Shown one piece after another: positions 42,324 to 51,432 of a stretch of 64,000 bases of DNA. Source of the stretch: a virus; IMG/VR virus record IMGVR_UViG_2925639251_000002; one strand, written 5' to 3'. The translations under genes were made by a program, and so were the position numbers. Position 1 is the stretch's first letter; each line of letters begins with the position of its first letter. The notes beneath the pieces were generated by a model that saw only the letters and a program-made list of their open reading frames with translations, ran no database searches and was not told the origin of the DNA.

Positions 42324-43612
42324 CTTTGATACCCTCGGTTTCCCGATATTTATTAGGGAATAGACCATATCATCATCTGTACTAGACAGATGGTCAGCGC
42401 TTCATAATAAGGAATTTCACCTTATTATTACTCCATAAAGGATGGTCGTTGCACCTTCATTTACAAGTACTTCTCAGCATGATGTAAACGCTTGGCACAG
42501 GGTTTTCATATAATACATTCTACATTCATTTCACATTTTTATAGGTTCTTCCTTGTTTAATTCCATAAACAACATTGGGTTTTATGTTACACATTTTTGC
42601 AACATGGGGTGCTGATAACCCTTTTTTAAGAAGTTCTCTTATACATAATACTTCTTCTGGAGTAAGAGTGCTTTTCTTCTTGCTTTTGTATTTAAGAATA
42701 AAGTCGTCCCACCCAGTAACATGAATATGATTCCATACTTTACACTGTAATATTGATTTAACGATGGGGTAGGAAACACGCATTGATTTTGATACTTCAG
42801 ACATCTTTTCCCCATTAATCAATCGAACTTTTATCTCGTGTGCTTTCGTTTCATTTATTTTTGAGGATTTATTTTTTGACCCTAAATGAGACTGACGCAT
42901 CTTTAATCTAGATTCTGGCGAATGCCTTTTATTCATTCTAGATTGTAAAAGCTTTTCTTTATGCTGCGGAGAGAGCTTTCTGCCAATTCTCGCCTTACTC
43001 ATTTTGGCTTTAGTCTCATCACTAAGCTTTCTTCCGATGTTATTAATCCTATTCTTTTCCCCAATAATCTTTTTGGTGGAGTCAGACATCTTACAATTAC
43101 TCTTGCCCTCTCCGCCGGTGGTCATGTTAAAGCCATTTAAATAGGCACCTAGTTCATTTATGTAGTGAGTTTCTAATTCGTTCATATCTGAGTTTGGATC
43201 AACTGTTTGTAAAACATGGAATTGGAAATCGTTTTCTCCATATTTATTCCAATTATTCTGCAAATGTCGATTACAGTGCGAATTGTTTTTCAGCTTCCAA
43301 GTGTGATGCCAGTAACGCTTAATAAATTTCATCTTAGTTTTCCCCACATATATTAAGCCGGTGCTTATCTGCTCAATCTTATATATCCCACTCAAATATT
43401 TATGCTCATCCTCATTTATAAACTTCACTTTGTCACCCCCTTGTTTTAAATATCATTGTTCAAAATGTAAAATGTATTAATTAGAATTCCCCTGTTAGCA
43501 CACTCATTGACGATCATTTCCTATCGCTACTTTTCGCTGAATGCACACCCTAGTTTTCTAGGTTCACTGACTTTTCATCCGCATATCGCTATGCGACGCG
43601 ACTATAAATTTA
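42324..43612 (-). mobile_element. Group I intron (1289 nt) in yonO carrying a homing endonuclease gene
   Basis: Exon 1 ends in U, intron ends in G; P1 CGAU-UA/UA-GUCG with U-G at the splice site; P3 GUCAGUG/CGCUGAC; P4 CAGGG/CCCUG; P7 GACCAU/AUGGUC. Confidence 0.9.
42526..43428 (-). CDS. GIY-YIG homing endonuclease with NUMOD3-like repeats
   Basis: SGIYKI...IYVG, HCNRHLQ, GFNMTTGGE; S.ETK.KMS-type repeats; C-terminal HTH-like repeats. Confidence 0.9.
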   Translation of the reverse strand: MKFINEDEHKYLSGIYKIEQISTGLIYVGKTKMKFIKRYWHHTWKLKNNSHCNRHLQNNWNKYGENDFQFHVLQTVDPNSDMNELETHYINELGAYLNGFNMTTGGEGKSNCKMSDSTKKIIGEKNRINNIGRKLSDETKAKMSKARIGRKLSPQHKEKLLQSRMNKRHSPESRLKMRQSHLGSKNKSSKINETKAHEIKVRLINGEKMSEVSKSMRVSYPIVKSILQCKVWNHIHVTGWDDFILKYKSKKKSTLTPEEVLCIRELLKKGLSAPHVAKMCNIKPNVVYGIKQGRTYKNVK

Positions 43613-45487
43613 ATCGATAGTAAAGTTATTTTCCATACATAGCCATTTGATCACGTCCAGATTTATATTGTCACTGTTCCATATCTTAGTGATATTGTTA
43701 CTGTACTCCCCGATATTGATCCCATAAGCAAGAGTTAGTGCTTCATAGATGTTTCTGCTATTAATCTCTTGTTTCTGGGCTACAGACATTTCATAATACA
43801 AAGGAACGATGTTCTCCATATTACGCTTGGCAATATTGACGATTAGCTCATCAGAAATAATTAAGGCCTTATCCCCGTCATTATCAAACTGCAGCAGTTT
43901 CGATATCGGATCATGAATGCTGGTATAAACACCTCGGGTAATAAACCACTTTTCATATTCCTCATCTTTTTTGTTCCATCTAACTCCATGTTCTCTGTAT
44001 AGGTGAGGGGAGCGAAGGATATCAATATGCCCTTCATCATATAAAGAACAATAGACATTGCTGCCGGTAAGAAGTCCTTTTGGATTCTCAATTCCAAGAA
44101 ACAGTCTTTCACAAAAAGCATATAGATCTGGACATAAATATGTATACCTAGCATCACTGACAAGTAATTTTCCTGATTTGGCGTCCTTAATCATACTCTT
44201 CTTCTTATTCTTAATGATTTCTTTGGTGTGATCATCATTTAGCAGCTCTGGATATGATAGTAGAGCTTCTTGAAGGCTTGTTTTATGTTTATTTTTCTCG
44301 GTAGCCCCCAAAACTTTCATCATGGTTTCTTTATCAGTGCCTAATTGAGTAATCTCTCTGACAGTTTTTGAGCTGATTTGGTTCAATTCCTCATCTGTGA
44401 TATCAGTGAGTGTTTGTAGCATTTGGTAAGTCAGTTTTCCCTCAACCGATGGATCTTCTTCATTTAACTTAGCCCCAAGACATCCATACTTTTTAAATTT
44501 GTTGCGATAGTCATCCCATGAATCATAGTACTTCCACATCTTAAACTGGCTTTTCGTAAAAATTATTTGGATATCATCTTTAATAATGTCCCATTCTTTA
44601 CCGTAGACGTCCTTAACTATAAATGAACTGTGTTTTTCAGCAAACTTTCTAAAATCAAATGGAACTAGCAGACCCTTAACCCAAGGTAATCTGACCATAA
44701 AGCTTTTCTGGCTCAAACTGGGAAGCATCATTCCGCAACCATCTGTATGTTCTATAGGAATATCCATAACTTTACGAGTGATTTCATATGTATCACGGTC
44801 AATATAATCAACCAGGCTGGAAACGTTTGTTTCTAAGTCATTTACGACAATTGTTTTATCAATATCAATTTCCCATGGACTGCTGGCGCTATTCGATAAG
44901 GCCATGTAGCTATTCCATTTGTTTATGCTACTCCCACCTTGAGCATTGATTTGCTCCACACTAAGGCCACAAGTTAAAGCATTTTGATACTTATCTAAGG
45001 TGCTTTGCTTGATAAAACAAGACTTTTTGGTTCGTATTTGACCGGCACTGCTAGTGAAATAAACGTATTTCTCATTGTTATGTATGAATCCTTTATCAAT
45101 AATGTCCCTTAAAATTTGAAAGTGATAAGTTTGGACAACCATGATCTCTTCAGAGAGAGAGTTTTCTTTGATTCCCAATGTTCGAGTTAAGACTGAATCA
45201 AATAATGAAATAACATTATTATCTTTCAGGGAATCTGTTCTAAGTGTTCTTATTTGATTATGATTGTTAAAGGCGTTATAAAGATTTTCTTTTAAGGAAA
45301 TAATCCTTTGCGTTATGTACTTCTTATGTTTTTTATCAACATGTTCAAGTTTTTTGAGATGATCTCTGTACCTATATGATTTTAAAATCTTGTTATGTAA
45401 TTTGTTTTCTTGATCATTATAAAAAGCAGAAGTATCAATACTGTAAATATGTACTTGCTTATTTAGACCGTCTTTTTTTCCTTTCAA
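43613..45487 (-). CDS. yonO: YonO single-subunit DNA-dependent RNA polymerase, exon 1
   Basis: [11 protein letters not shown] start, HTDGCG, LRSPHL, catalytic DNDGD motif; ends ...NNFTID at the intron. Confidence 0.92.
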
Positions 45488-45526
45488 TAAATTCTCCCCT
45501 TATTACTTTTATGCATATTTTTTGAT

Positions 45527-45721
45527 TTAATAGTCGCTTTTTAGATACTTATGTACAAGATTTTTGTATGTATAGCTCTTTTTATCGATTGTCCCAAAAA
45601 GTTTATAGTCCTCATAAAGAGTGTTTTCTTCTTGTGAAGCAGTTCCTTCAATAATAGTAGTCTCTAAAAATCCAATTAAATTACTAAACATGTACGTTAC
45701 TTTCTTTGAATCCTTTTGCAT
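45527..45721 (-). CDS. yonP: YonP-like small protein
   Basis: Upstream of yonO with GGAGGTG RBS. Confidence 0.65.
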   Translation of the reverse strand: MQKDSKKVTYMFSNLIGFLETTIIEGTASQEENTLYEDYKLFGTIDKKSYTYKNLVHKYLKSDY

Positions 45722-45749
45722 TATCTCACCTCCTCACCTATGAGTTAAT

Positions 45750-45773
45750 TATATACATATTATTTGTATTTGT
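45750..45773 (-). promoter_or_regulatory. Repeated operator-like element (SPBRE-like) upstream of yonP-yonO
   Basis: ACAAATACAAATAATATGTATATA; related copies at 46677, 48940, 49001, 58570 and 60264. Confidence 0.6.
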
Positions 45774-46676
45774 CTATTGTTTTTTCGCTAGTATGTTAAC
45801 AGCTCCAGGTTATTGAGATGAATTCTAAGCCATATAGAGTGATTATCGTAATCTAAAAACATGCCTATCGTAAATAATATGATAGAGTTCAAAAATCCAG
45901 TAAACGTAAGGGTATTTGATGCATCGAATGGTGATTAGGGATAAAACGATCGTAAAACATAAGTGAGAGTAGGGGGAAGTGGCTGCATTATCTAAATATT
46001 GATGAAAACGAGGTAATTTGAAAAGGGGAAAACGTTGATATAGAAGGCTTTTACGATAGCGATTACGATGTGAAAAAGGGTGATTTTGAGGTGGAATTAG
46101 GAAAATGAAAATTTGGATAGGGTGTGGAAATGGAAGTGCTATGGGTACATTTGTTCCCTTTATTTTGCCATTAGATGTAAATATACCCCCATATATTGGT
46201 ATTGTAATACGTGTATAAGGTACATTATACGTGTATTTAATGACTTGGGGAGGTCTGCACTGGTGCTAACATAATTCCAGGCCAAACACAAGAATTAATT
46301 TTAAAAAAATTAAATTGGTTAGCAATATAAAAATGAATAACCATTCATGAAAGATAATCGTATTTATAACGAATCCGAGGGAATCGAAGACATATTTATT
46401 TTATCCTAATCACTATACATAACCATATCTTACCCAATCATATATCCTACACTAATCTAATCACTCTACACTAACCTCATCCGATTCCCACATCATATAT
46501 ACACAACACTCATCATCATCATCATCCAATCTAATCACAATCACACGCTATCAGAACCAATATAACACGTCTCTAAGCATCCTTAATCAATTCCCAATCC
46601 AATTACATTCTTGTTCATTCAAACAGCACACAAGGCATCTCAATACCATCCATCAACACACAAATATCTCACTACG

Positions 46677-46720
46677 AATATAAAAAATATGTATATAAAA
46701 ATCACTAATTATGTTATAAT
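46677..46720 (+). promoter_or_regulatory. Repeated operator-like element plus extended -10 promoter for yonT
   Basis: AATATAAAAAATATGTATATA followed by TGtTATAAT. Confidence 0.6.
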
Positions 46721-46747
46721 AGAGTCATAGGAAAGGAGGTGTACATA

Positions 46748-46924
46748 GTGCTTGAGAAAGTGGGTATCATAGTTGCTTTCCTCATATCTTTAACGGTTCT
46801 TACAATCAACAGTCTAACAATAGTTGAGAAGATAAGAAACCTAAAGAATGGGACAAGCAAAAAGAAAAAGCGTATACGCAAGCGGCTCCGACCAAAGAGA
46901 CAACGCCAACGTATACGCCGATGA
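46748..46924 (+). CDS. yonT: Type I toxin YonT
   Basis: GTG start after AAAGGAGG; hydrophobic N-terminus, highly basic C-terminus; 58 aa. Confidence 0.88.
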   Translation: MLEKVGIIVAFLISLTVLTINSLTIVEKIRNLKNGTSKKKKRIRKRLRPKRQRQRIRR

Positions 46925-46963
46925 GAGCTAAGCTAAAGGGGAATGAACTTCTCCTTTAGTTCT
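46860..46963 (-). ncRNA. SR6-like antitoxin RNA (boundaries approximate)
   Basis: Minus-strand TTTACA-N16-TATAAT promoter at 46997-46970 and hairpin at 46932-46959; arrangement known for yonT/yoyJ-SR6. Confidence 0.55.
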
Positions 46964-46977
46964 ACCCATATTATAAC

Positions 46978-47193
46978 ATGATCAAGCACATTGTAAACAT
47001 GAAACGATTCTCGCTACGGTTTACCCATGTCACATTCATTGGCTTATTCTTAATGTTTCAACTCATTAAGGATTACTTCAGCAGCGAAGCACAAACACTA
47101 ATCAATATAATATTCATAGTCACATGTATCATTGCCATATTGTTGTGGATCATCTATTTTGTATTCCTTAAACTAAGAAACAAGTCTCACTAA
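46978..47193 (+). CDS. yoyJ: Type I toxin-like membrane peptide YoyJ
   Basis: Two hydrophobic helices; downstream of yonT. Confidence 0.75.
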   Translation: MIKHIVNMKRFSLRFTHVTFIGLFLMFQLIKDYFSSEAQTLINIIFIVTCIIAILLWIIYFVFLKLRNKSH

Positions 47194-47237
47194 TCTTATA
47201 GGCCTCATGGTATAATTAAATCATTGAGGTGAGATGA

Positions 47238-47426
47238 TTGGAGAAAAAATTCCTGGATGCTATTCGGCAGCTGACAAAGGAATTGGAAATGCTCAAGAAA
47301 GATATTGACTCCATCAAAGAAGCAACTGTCAGAATTGATAAAGACCTTTTAGAGTACAGAGAAGAGATAAGCAAAGTAAAACAAGGTGATTCAGTATTAA
47401 TCATGCAGCAACATAAGGATAATTAA
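47238..47426 (+). CDS. yonU: YonU-like coiled-coil protein
   Basis: Synteny; GAGGTG RBS. Confidence 0.7.
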   Translation: MEKKFLDAIRQLTKELEMLKKDIDSIKEATVRIDKDLLEYREEISKVKQGDSVLIMQQHKDN

Positions 47427-47507
47427 ATATGCGTTATAAATAAGGGAGCGGTAAGGCAATTATCGTTCCTTATTTTTCAATACAAAATTAAAATATAAGG
47501 AGAATAT

Positions 47508-48725
47508 ATGGAAAGAGTTAAAGTGATCGATTCTATTATGGGAAGCGGTAAAACATCTGCAGCAATTGACATGATGAATAATTCAGGGGCAGATGAAAAT
47601 TTTATTTTCATTACACCGTATTTGGATGAAGTGGATCGTATTAAGAAGAGCATAAACAGTAAACAAATTTATGAGCCTAAAGTAAAGAAGAAAGGTGACA
47701 AAACACAATATAAGTTTGAGTCATTTCATGAACTTTTATCTCAGAACAAAAATATTGTTGCTACACATAATCTATTCAAAAATGCTAATGACGAAACAAA
47801 GGAGTTGATCCTTTCAGGCAACTATACATTGATTTTAGATGAAGTTATGGAAGTAGTTGAACAGTTACGCGTTAAGAAGCATGATCTAACTACACTATTT
47901 GAATCAAAGTTAATATATGTTGAAGACGGATTTGTCAAATGGAACGAAGAAAAAAAGGACTATGAAACACGCTATGATGATATCCGTGATATGGCTTTAA
48001 ACAATAATCTTATGTACTTTAAAGACAATATATTGATTTGGAATTTTCCTGCAGATATATTCAAGTTGTTTAAAGAAGTTTACATACTCACTTACATGTT
48101 TGATGCTCAAATACAAAGATATTATTATGATATAAACAATATCAAGTATCAAAAATACGTTTCTGAATTTATAGATGGGCAATACAGGTTTACAAAACAT
48201 AATACTGAATACGAGAGTATTCTAAAGGCTCAATTAAGAAATAAAATAAAAATATATGAAGGTAACTTGAATACAGTTGGCCAATTGGATTATTCATTAT
48301 CATCTAATTGGTATAAAAATAAATCACCATATACGATCAAGAAGGTAAAGAACAATGTATTCAATTACTTTAACAACATTGTTAAGTCATCAAGTGATGA
48401 AGCTATGTGGACGACTTATTCAGAACATAAAAACAAAGTAAAGGGAAATGGATATACAAAAGGGTTTGTGTCATGTAATGCAAGAGCTACAAATGATTTT
48501 AAGCACAAAAAACATTTAGTGTATACAATAAACAGATACGTTAACACTGTTCTATATAATTATTTTAAAGAGAAATATCAAATAACAATTGATCAAGACG
48601 CATTTGCATTATCCGAATTAGTACAATGGATTTGGAGATCTGCAATTAGAGATGGTGAAGAAATAACAGTATACATACCTTCATTAAGGATGAGGAAGCT
48701 ATTAATTGAATGGTTAAATGGGTAG
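47508..48725 (+). CDS. yonV: YonV, helicase-like P-loop protein
   Basis: DSIMGSGKT, LILDE, QWIWRSAIR motifs. Confidence 0.82.
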   Translation: MERVKVIDSIMGSGKTSAAIDMMNNSGADENFIFITPYLDEVDRIKKSINSKQIYEPKVKKKGDKTQYKFESFHELLSQNKNIVATHNLFKNANDETKELILSGNYTLILDEVMEVVEQLRVKKHDLTTLFESKLIYVEDGFVKWNEEKKDYETRYDDIRDMALNNNLMYFKDNILIWNFPADIFKLFKEVYILTYMFDAQIQRYYYDINNIKYQKYVSEFIDGQYRFTKHNTEYESILKAQLRNKIKIYEGNLNTVGQLDYSLSSNWYKNKSPYTIKKVKNNVFNYFNNIVKSSSDEAMWTTYSEHKNKVKGNGYTKGFVSCNARATNDFKHKKHLVYTINRYVNTVLYNYFKEKYQITIDQDAFALSELVQWIWRSAIRDGEEITVYIPSLRMRKLLIEWLNG

Positions 48726-48939
48726 TTAAAGAGAATAAACCTCTTAAACTCTAAAAAAAGCTCAATAATACCAAGGGTTTTCCCGTCTAAGTCTTTAAGA
48801 GAGACAAAAATAAATTAAATAATAAAATAAGAGAATGGGGGTGCTGCTAATTGTTCAATACGGTTCGTTCCTCACCTGAACAATTTTTGCTCACACCACC
48901 CCCAAACCCCCTCATGAGCAATCATATTTAATCATATAA

Positions 48940-49020
48940 AAATAAAAAATATGTATATAAATTGTTGAATTATTAAAGTGACCCGTATATAATGTAATTA
49001 ACAAATATAAAAAATATGAA
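48940..49020 (+). promoter_or_regulatory. sigmaA-type promoter flanked by two SPBRE-like elements
   Basis: TTGAAT-N17-TATAAT (48965-48993) between AAAAAATATGTATATA and AAAAAATATGAATT. Confidence 0.65.
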
Positions 49021-49040
49021 TTAGGAGGAGAATACATAAT

Positions 49041-49895
49041 ATGAAGAATACCAATCTATATTTAATCAGGGAAAGTGAAAGAGAGCAGTACATGGATCGA
49101 ATTGATGCCTTGGACAAAGTGAAAAAGTTAAAGATGCTAGGTGACAAAAAACATACTTCAATAAAATTCTTGTCAGAGTATTTCGGAATGAAAGTACCTA
49201 CATTAACTACATACATCCACAGAAATAATGAGGTTTTGGTTGAAGACGGACTGAAGAAACTAGAAGGATTAGAGCTTGAAGGATTTAAGCATAAATATAA
49301 TATGCCTGGGAAATTCATTAAGCTATATATCGTTCCTAAAAGAGCAGCTTTAAGATTGGCAATGATCCTTAAAAATTCAGATACAGCCATTAAGGTAAGA
49401 AAAGAACTCACAGATGAGGAGGACGGTGCTCAACAAGAGTTTGTTCCATCGGTTTTTCATGAAAGGAAAGAAGTTGTTGCGCCTGCTTCAGATACAAATG
49501 TAATTAAAGAAATGATGAAGTCGAACAATATACAAATTCTACATGAGGTGAAGAACATGTTAACGCCGATTTTTAATATGCAGCAATCTGTGCAAAACAT
49601 GACAGAAACCTCAACAAAAGAAATCTTTGATCTTAAAAACGAAATTTTGTCTTTGAAACATGAGAAGACTGGAACAAACAAACTATTAGCTGATAAAGAT
49701 GACAAGATCAATAAACTTAGTAACAAAGTAAAAAGCCAGAAGAAAAGAATAGACAAGCTTCAAGAGCTTATTGCAAGCGAGTTGATTGATCTTGATGAAG
49801 ATGGTTCCAAATCAACAAAAGTGAAAAAAGAGGATAACCCTTTGAAAAACATAAAACTAAAAATGGATCGAAATGGTAATTTAGAAAGGATGTAA
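49041..49895 (+). CDS. Antirepressor-like DNA-binding protein with C-terminal coiled coil
   Basis: LDKVK...KRAALRLAMILKNSDTAIKVR resembles a phage antirepressor N-terminal domain (from recall). Confidence 0.55.
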   Translation: MKNTNLYLIRESEREQYMDRIDALDKVKKLKMLGDKKHTSIKFLSEYFGMKVPTLTTYIHRNNEVLVEDGLKKLEGLELEGFKHKYNMPGKFIKLYIVPKRAALRLAMILKNSDTAIKVRKELTDEEDGAQQEFVPSVFHERKEVVAPASDTNVIKEMMKSNNIQILHEVKNMLTPIFNMQQSVQNMTETSTKEIFDLKNEILSLKHEKTGTNKLLADKDDKINKLSNKVKSQKKRIDKLQELIASELIDLDEDGSKSTKVKKEDNPLKNIKLKMDRNGNLERM

Positions 49896-49900
49896 AGACA

Positions 49901-50827
49901 ATGGCAAACGAATTATTAACAGAGTTCAAATATGATTTAGTCGATCAATCAACAGCTGATTTCCTTAAACAAAAAGAATTTAACATGCGTGAGATTGTCG
50001 GTAAAGCTTATACCAAGCTAGGAAGGGAACTGAAGGAAGCCCAGGAGCATTTAGCAAGTCACAACAAATATCAAGGGGTTTTTGAAAAGTGGTTTAGATC
50101 TATCGGGTTAAAAAGGGATGCCGTTTGGCGATTAATTAACAGATATGATCTCATCGCAAATTGCGACAACATCGAAAAAGGACTTCTTGAAGACCTGCCA
50201 GTATCTCTAACATATGAAATAGCTAAACCTTCATCAGAATCAACAGAGTCAAAGAAACAAGCTAAGAAAGCTGTCTTAAATGGAGAAGTCAAGACATTAA
50301 AGGAATACAAAGAGCTTGAAGCTAAATTGAGGAAAGCTGAAGAGAATAATAAGAATCTTAGTTATGAATTAAGTCAAGAAAAGAAGAACAGGACAGTTGT
50401 TGAAAAAGTCATTGATAACACTGACTACAAACAAATAGAAACATTAAAAAAAGAATTAGAGTATAAAAATAAAAAATATGAAAACTTATCAAAACAAAAA
50501 ATGATCTTAGAGCAACAACTTGAAAGGAGTGATGTGAAAGTAAAAGAATACGAGGAGCTAACAAACAAATTAAAGGCCGTAACAAGAGAGCAGGATGATC
50601 TAGGGAGACAAGTTGAGGCCACTTCAGAGCTTTCTGAAATGGTTTGGGAGATTGAAAAAGTACTAAAAGGTAGTTTAGCGCCTGTAAAGTATGCAAAGGC
50701 CATTAGGGATATGAGTGACAATCAAATTATAATGAACAATCTTGATTCTGTAATCGGGAATGTGGAATCCTGGTGCAAAGAAATGAGAAAAATTACGAAT
50801 AAAAATAATATTATCGAGGTGTTTTAA
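49901..50827 (+). CDS. DUF3102-like domain protein with long coiled coil
   Basis: LGRELKEAQEHL...GVFEKWF..IG pattern. Confidence 0.55.
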   Translation: MANELLTEFKYDLVDQSTADFLKQKEFNMREIVGKAYTKLGRELKEAQEHLASHNKYQGVFEKWFRSIGLKRDAVWRLINRYDLIANCDNIEKGLLEDLPVSLTYEIAKPSSESTESKKQAKKAVLNGEVKTLKEYKELEAKLRKAEENNKNLSYELSQEKKNRTVVEKVIDNTDYKQIETLKKELEYKNKKYENLSKQKMILEQQLERSDVKVKEYEELTNKLKAVTREQDDLGRQVEATSELSEMVWEIEKVLKGSLAPVKYAKAIRDMSDNQIIMNNLDSVIGNVESWCKEMRKITNKNNIIEVF

Positions 50828-50828
50828 T

Positions 50829-51431
50829 ATGGCGATTAATGAATTGGAATTGAACAAGATGTCAAACGGAGAAATTGATATGCTCATGGACAAGGTATTA
50901 AGTTTAAAAGTTAATAGATTAAGTGAAGATTTTATAAAAATGGCTGATAAACAAAAAGAGCTGGAACTTCAAGTTGAGCAGTTGTCTTTAAAAGAAAGTG
51001 AAAATGCAGAAGAAATTTCAAAGATGGAAGGCAAGTTTAAAGAATACGATGAAACATTCTTTACCTTCCAACATGATAAATCAGGAAAATTTCTGGAGTT
51101 TAAAAATGCTGCTAAAAGTAAAGTGTTTGATTATGTAAAACCAATTGGCAGTCCAGAGCACCTTTTATTTTATAGAGGGTTGTTGATGCAATGCTATGGA
51201 AAAGTGTCTGAAGCTCTAAATGTACCTAATACTTCGAGCATTAACATCAATGACTTTGAAGCTGCTTTGAAAATTGTTAAAAGATGGGCGCCAAGCAGAA
51301 AATATATTGACAAGAAAATTAACGAATACATAGCTATGCATGAAAATAATTCACTTCAACGAGAGAAAGTCAATGCTTTATTTACATATTTAGAAAAAAC
51401 AGAAGAGGGAACAAAAGGGGGAATTATTTAG
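50829..51431 (+). CDS. ORF6C-like domain protein
   Basis: LNVPNTSSININDFEAALKIVKRWAP resembles the ORF6C antirepressor C-terminal domain. Confidence 0.5.
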   Translation: MAINELELNKMSNGEIDMLMDKVLSLKVNRLSEDFIKMADKQKELELQVEQLSLKESENAEEISKMEGKFKEYDETFFTFQHDKSGKFLEFKNAAKSKVFDYVKPIGSPEHLLFYRGLLMQCYGKVSEALNVPNTSSININDFEAALKIVKRWAPSRKYIDKKINEYIAMHENNSLQREKVNALFTYLEKTEEGTKGGII

Positions 51432-51432
51432 A

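Noticed and set aside
41673-42368. 231-aa ORF as an independent gene
   Set aside because: Its first 15 codons lie in the intron 3' end; the remainder is exon 2 of yonO
43610-45487. yonO as a truncated pseudogene
   Set aside because: The stop codon is the first three bases of a well-formed group I intron, and splicing restores the frame
46509-46527. (CAT)n microsatellite as a phase-variable element
   Set aside because: Only about five units, non-coding, and part of a broader C/A-skewed tract
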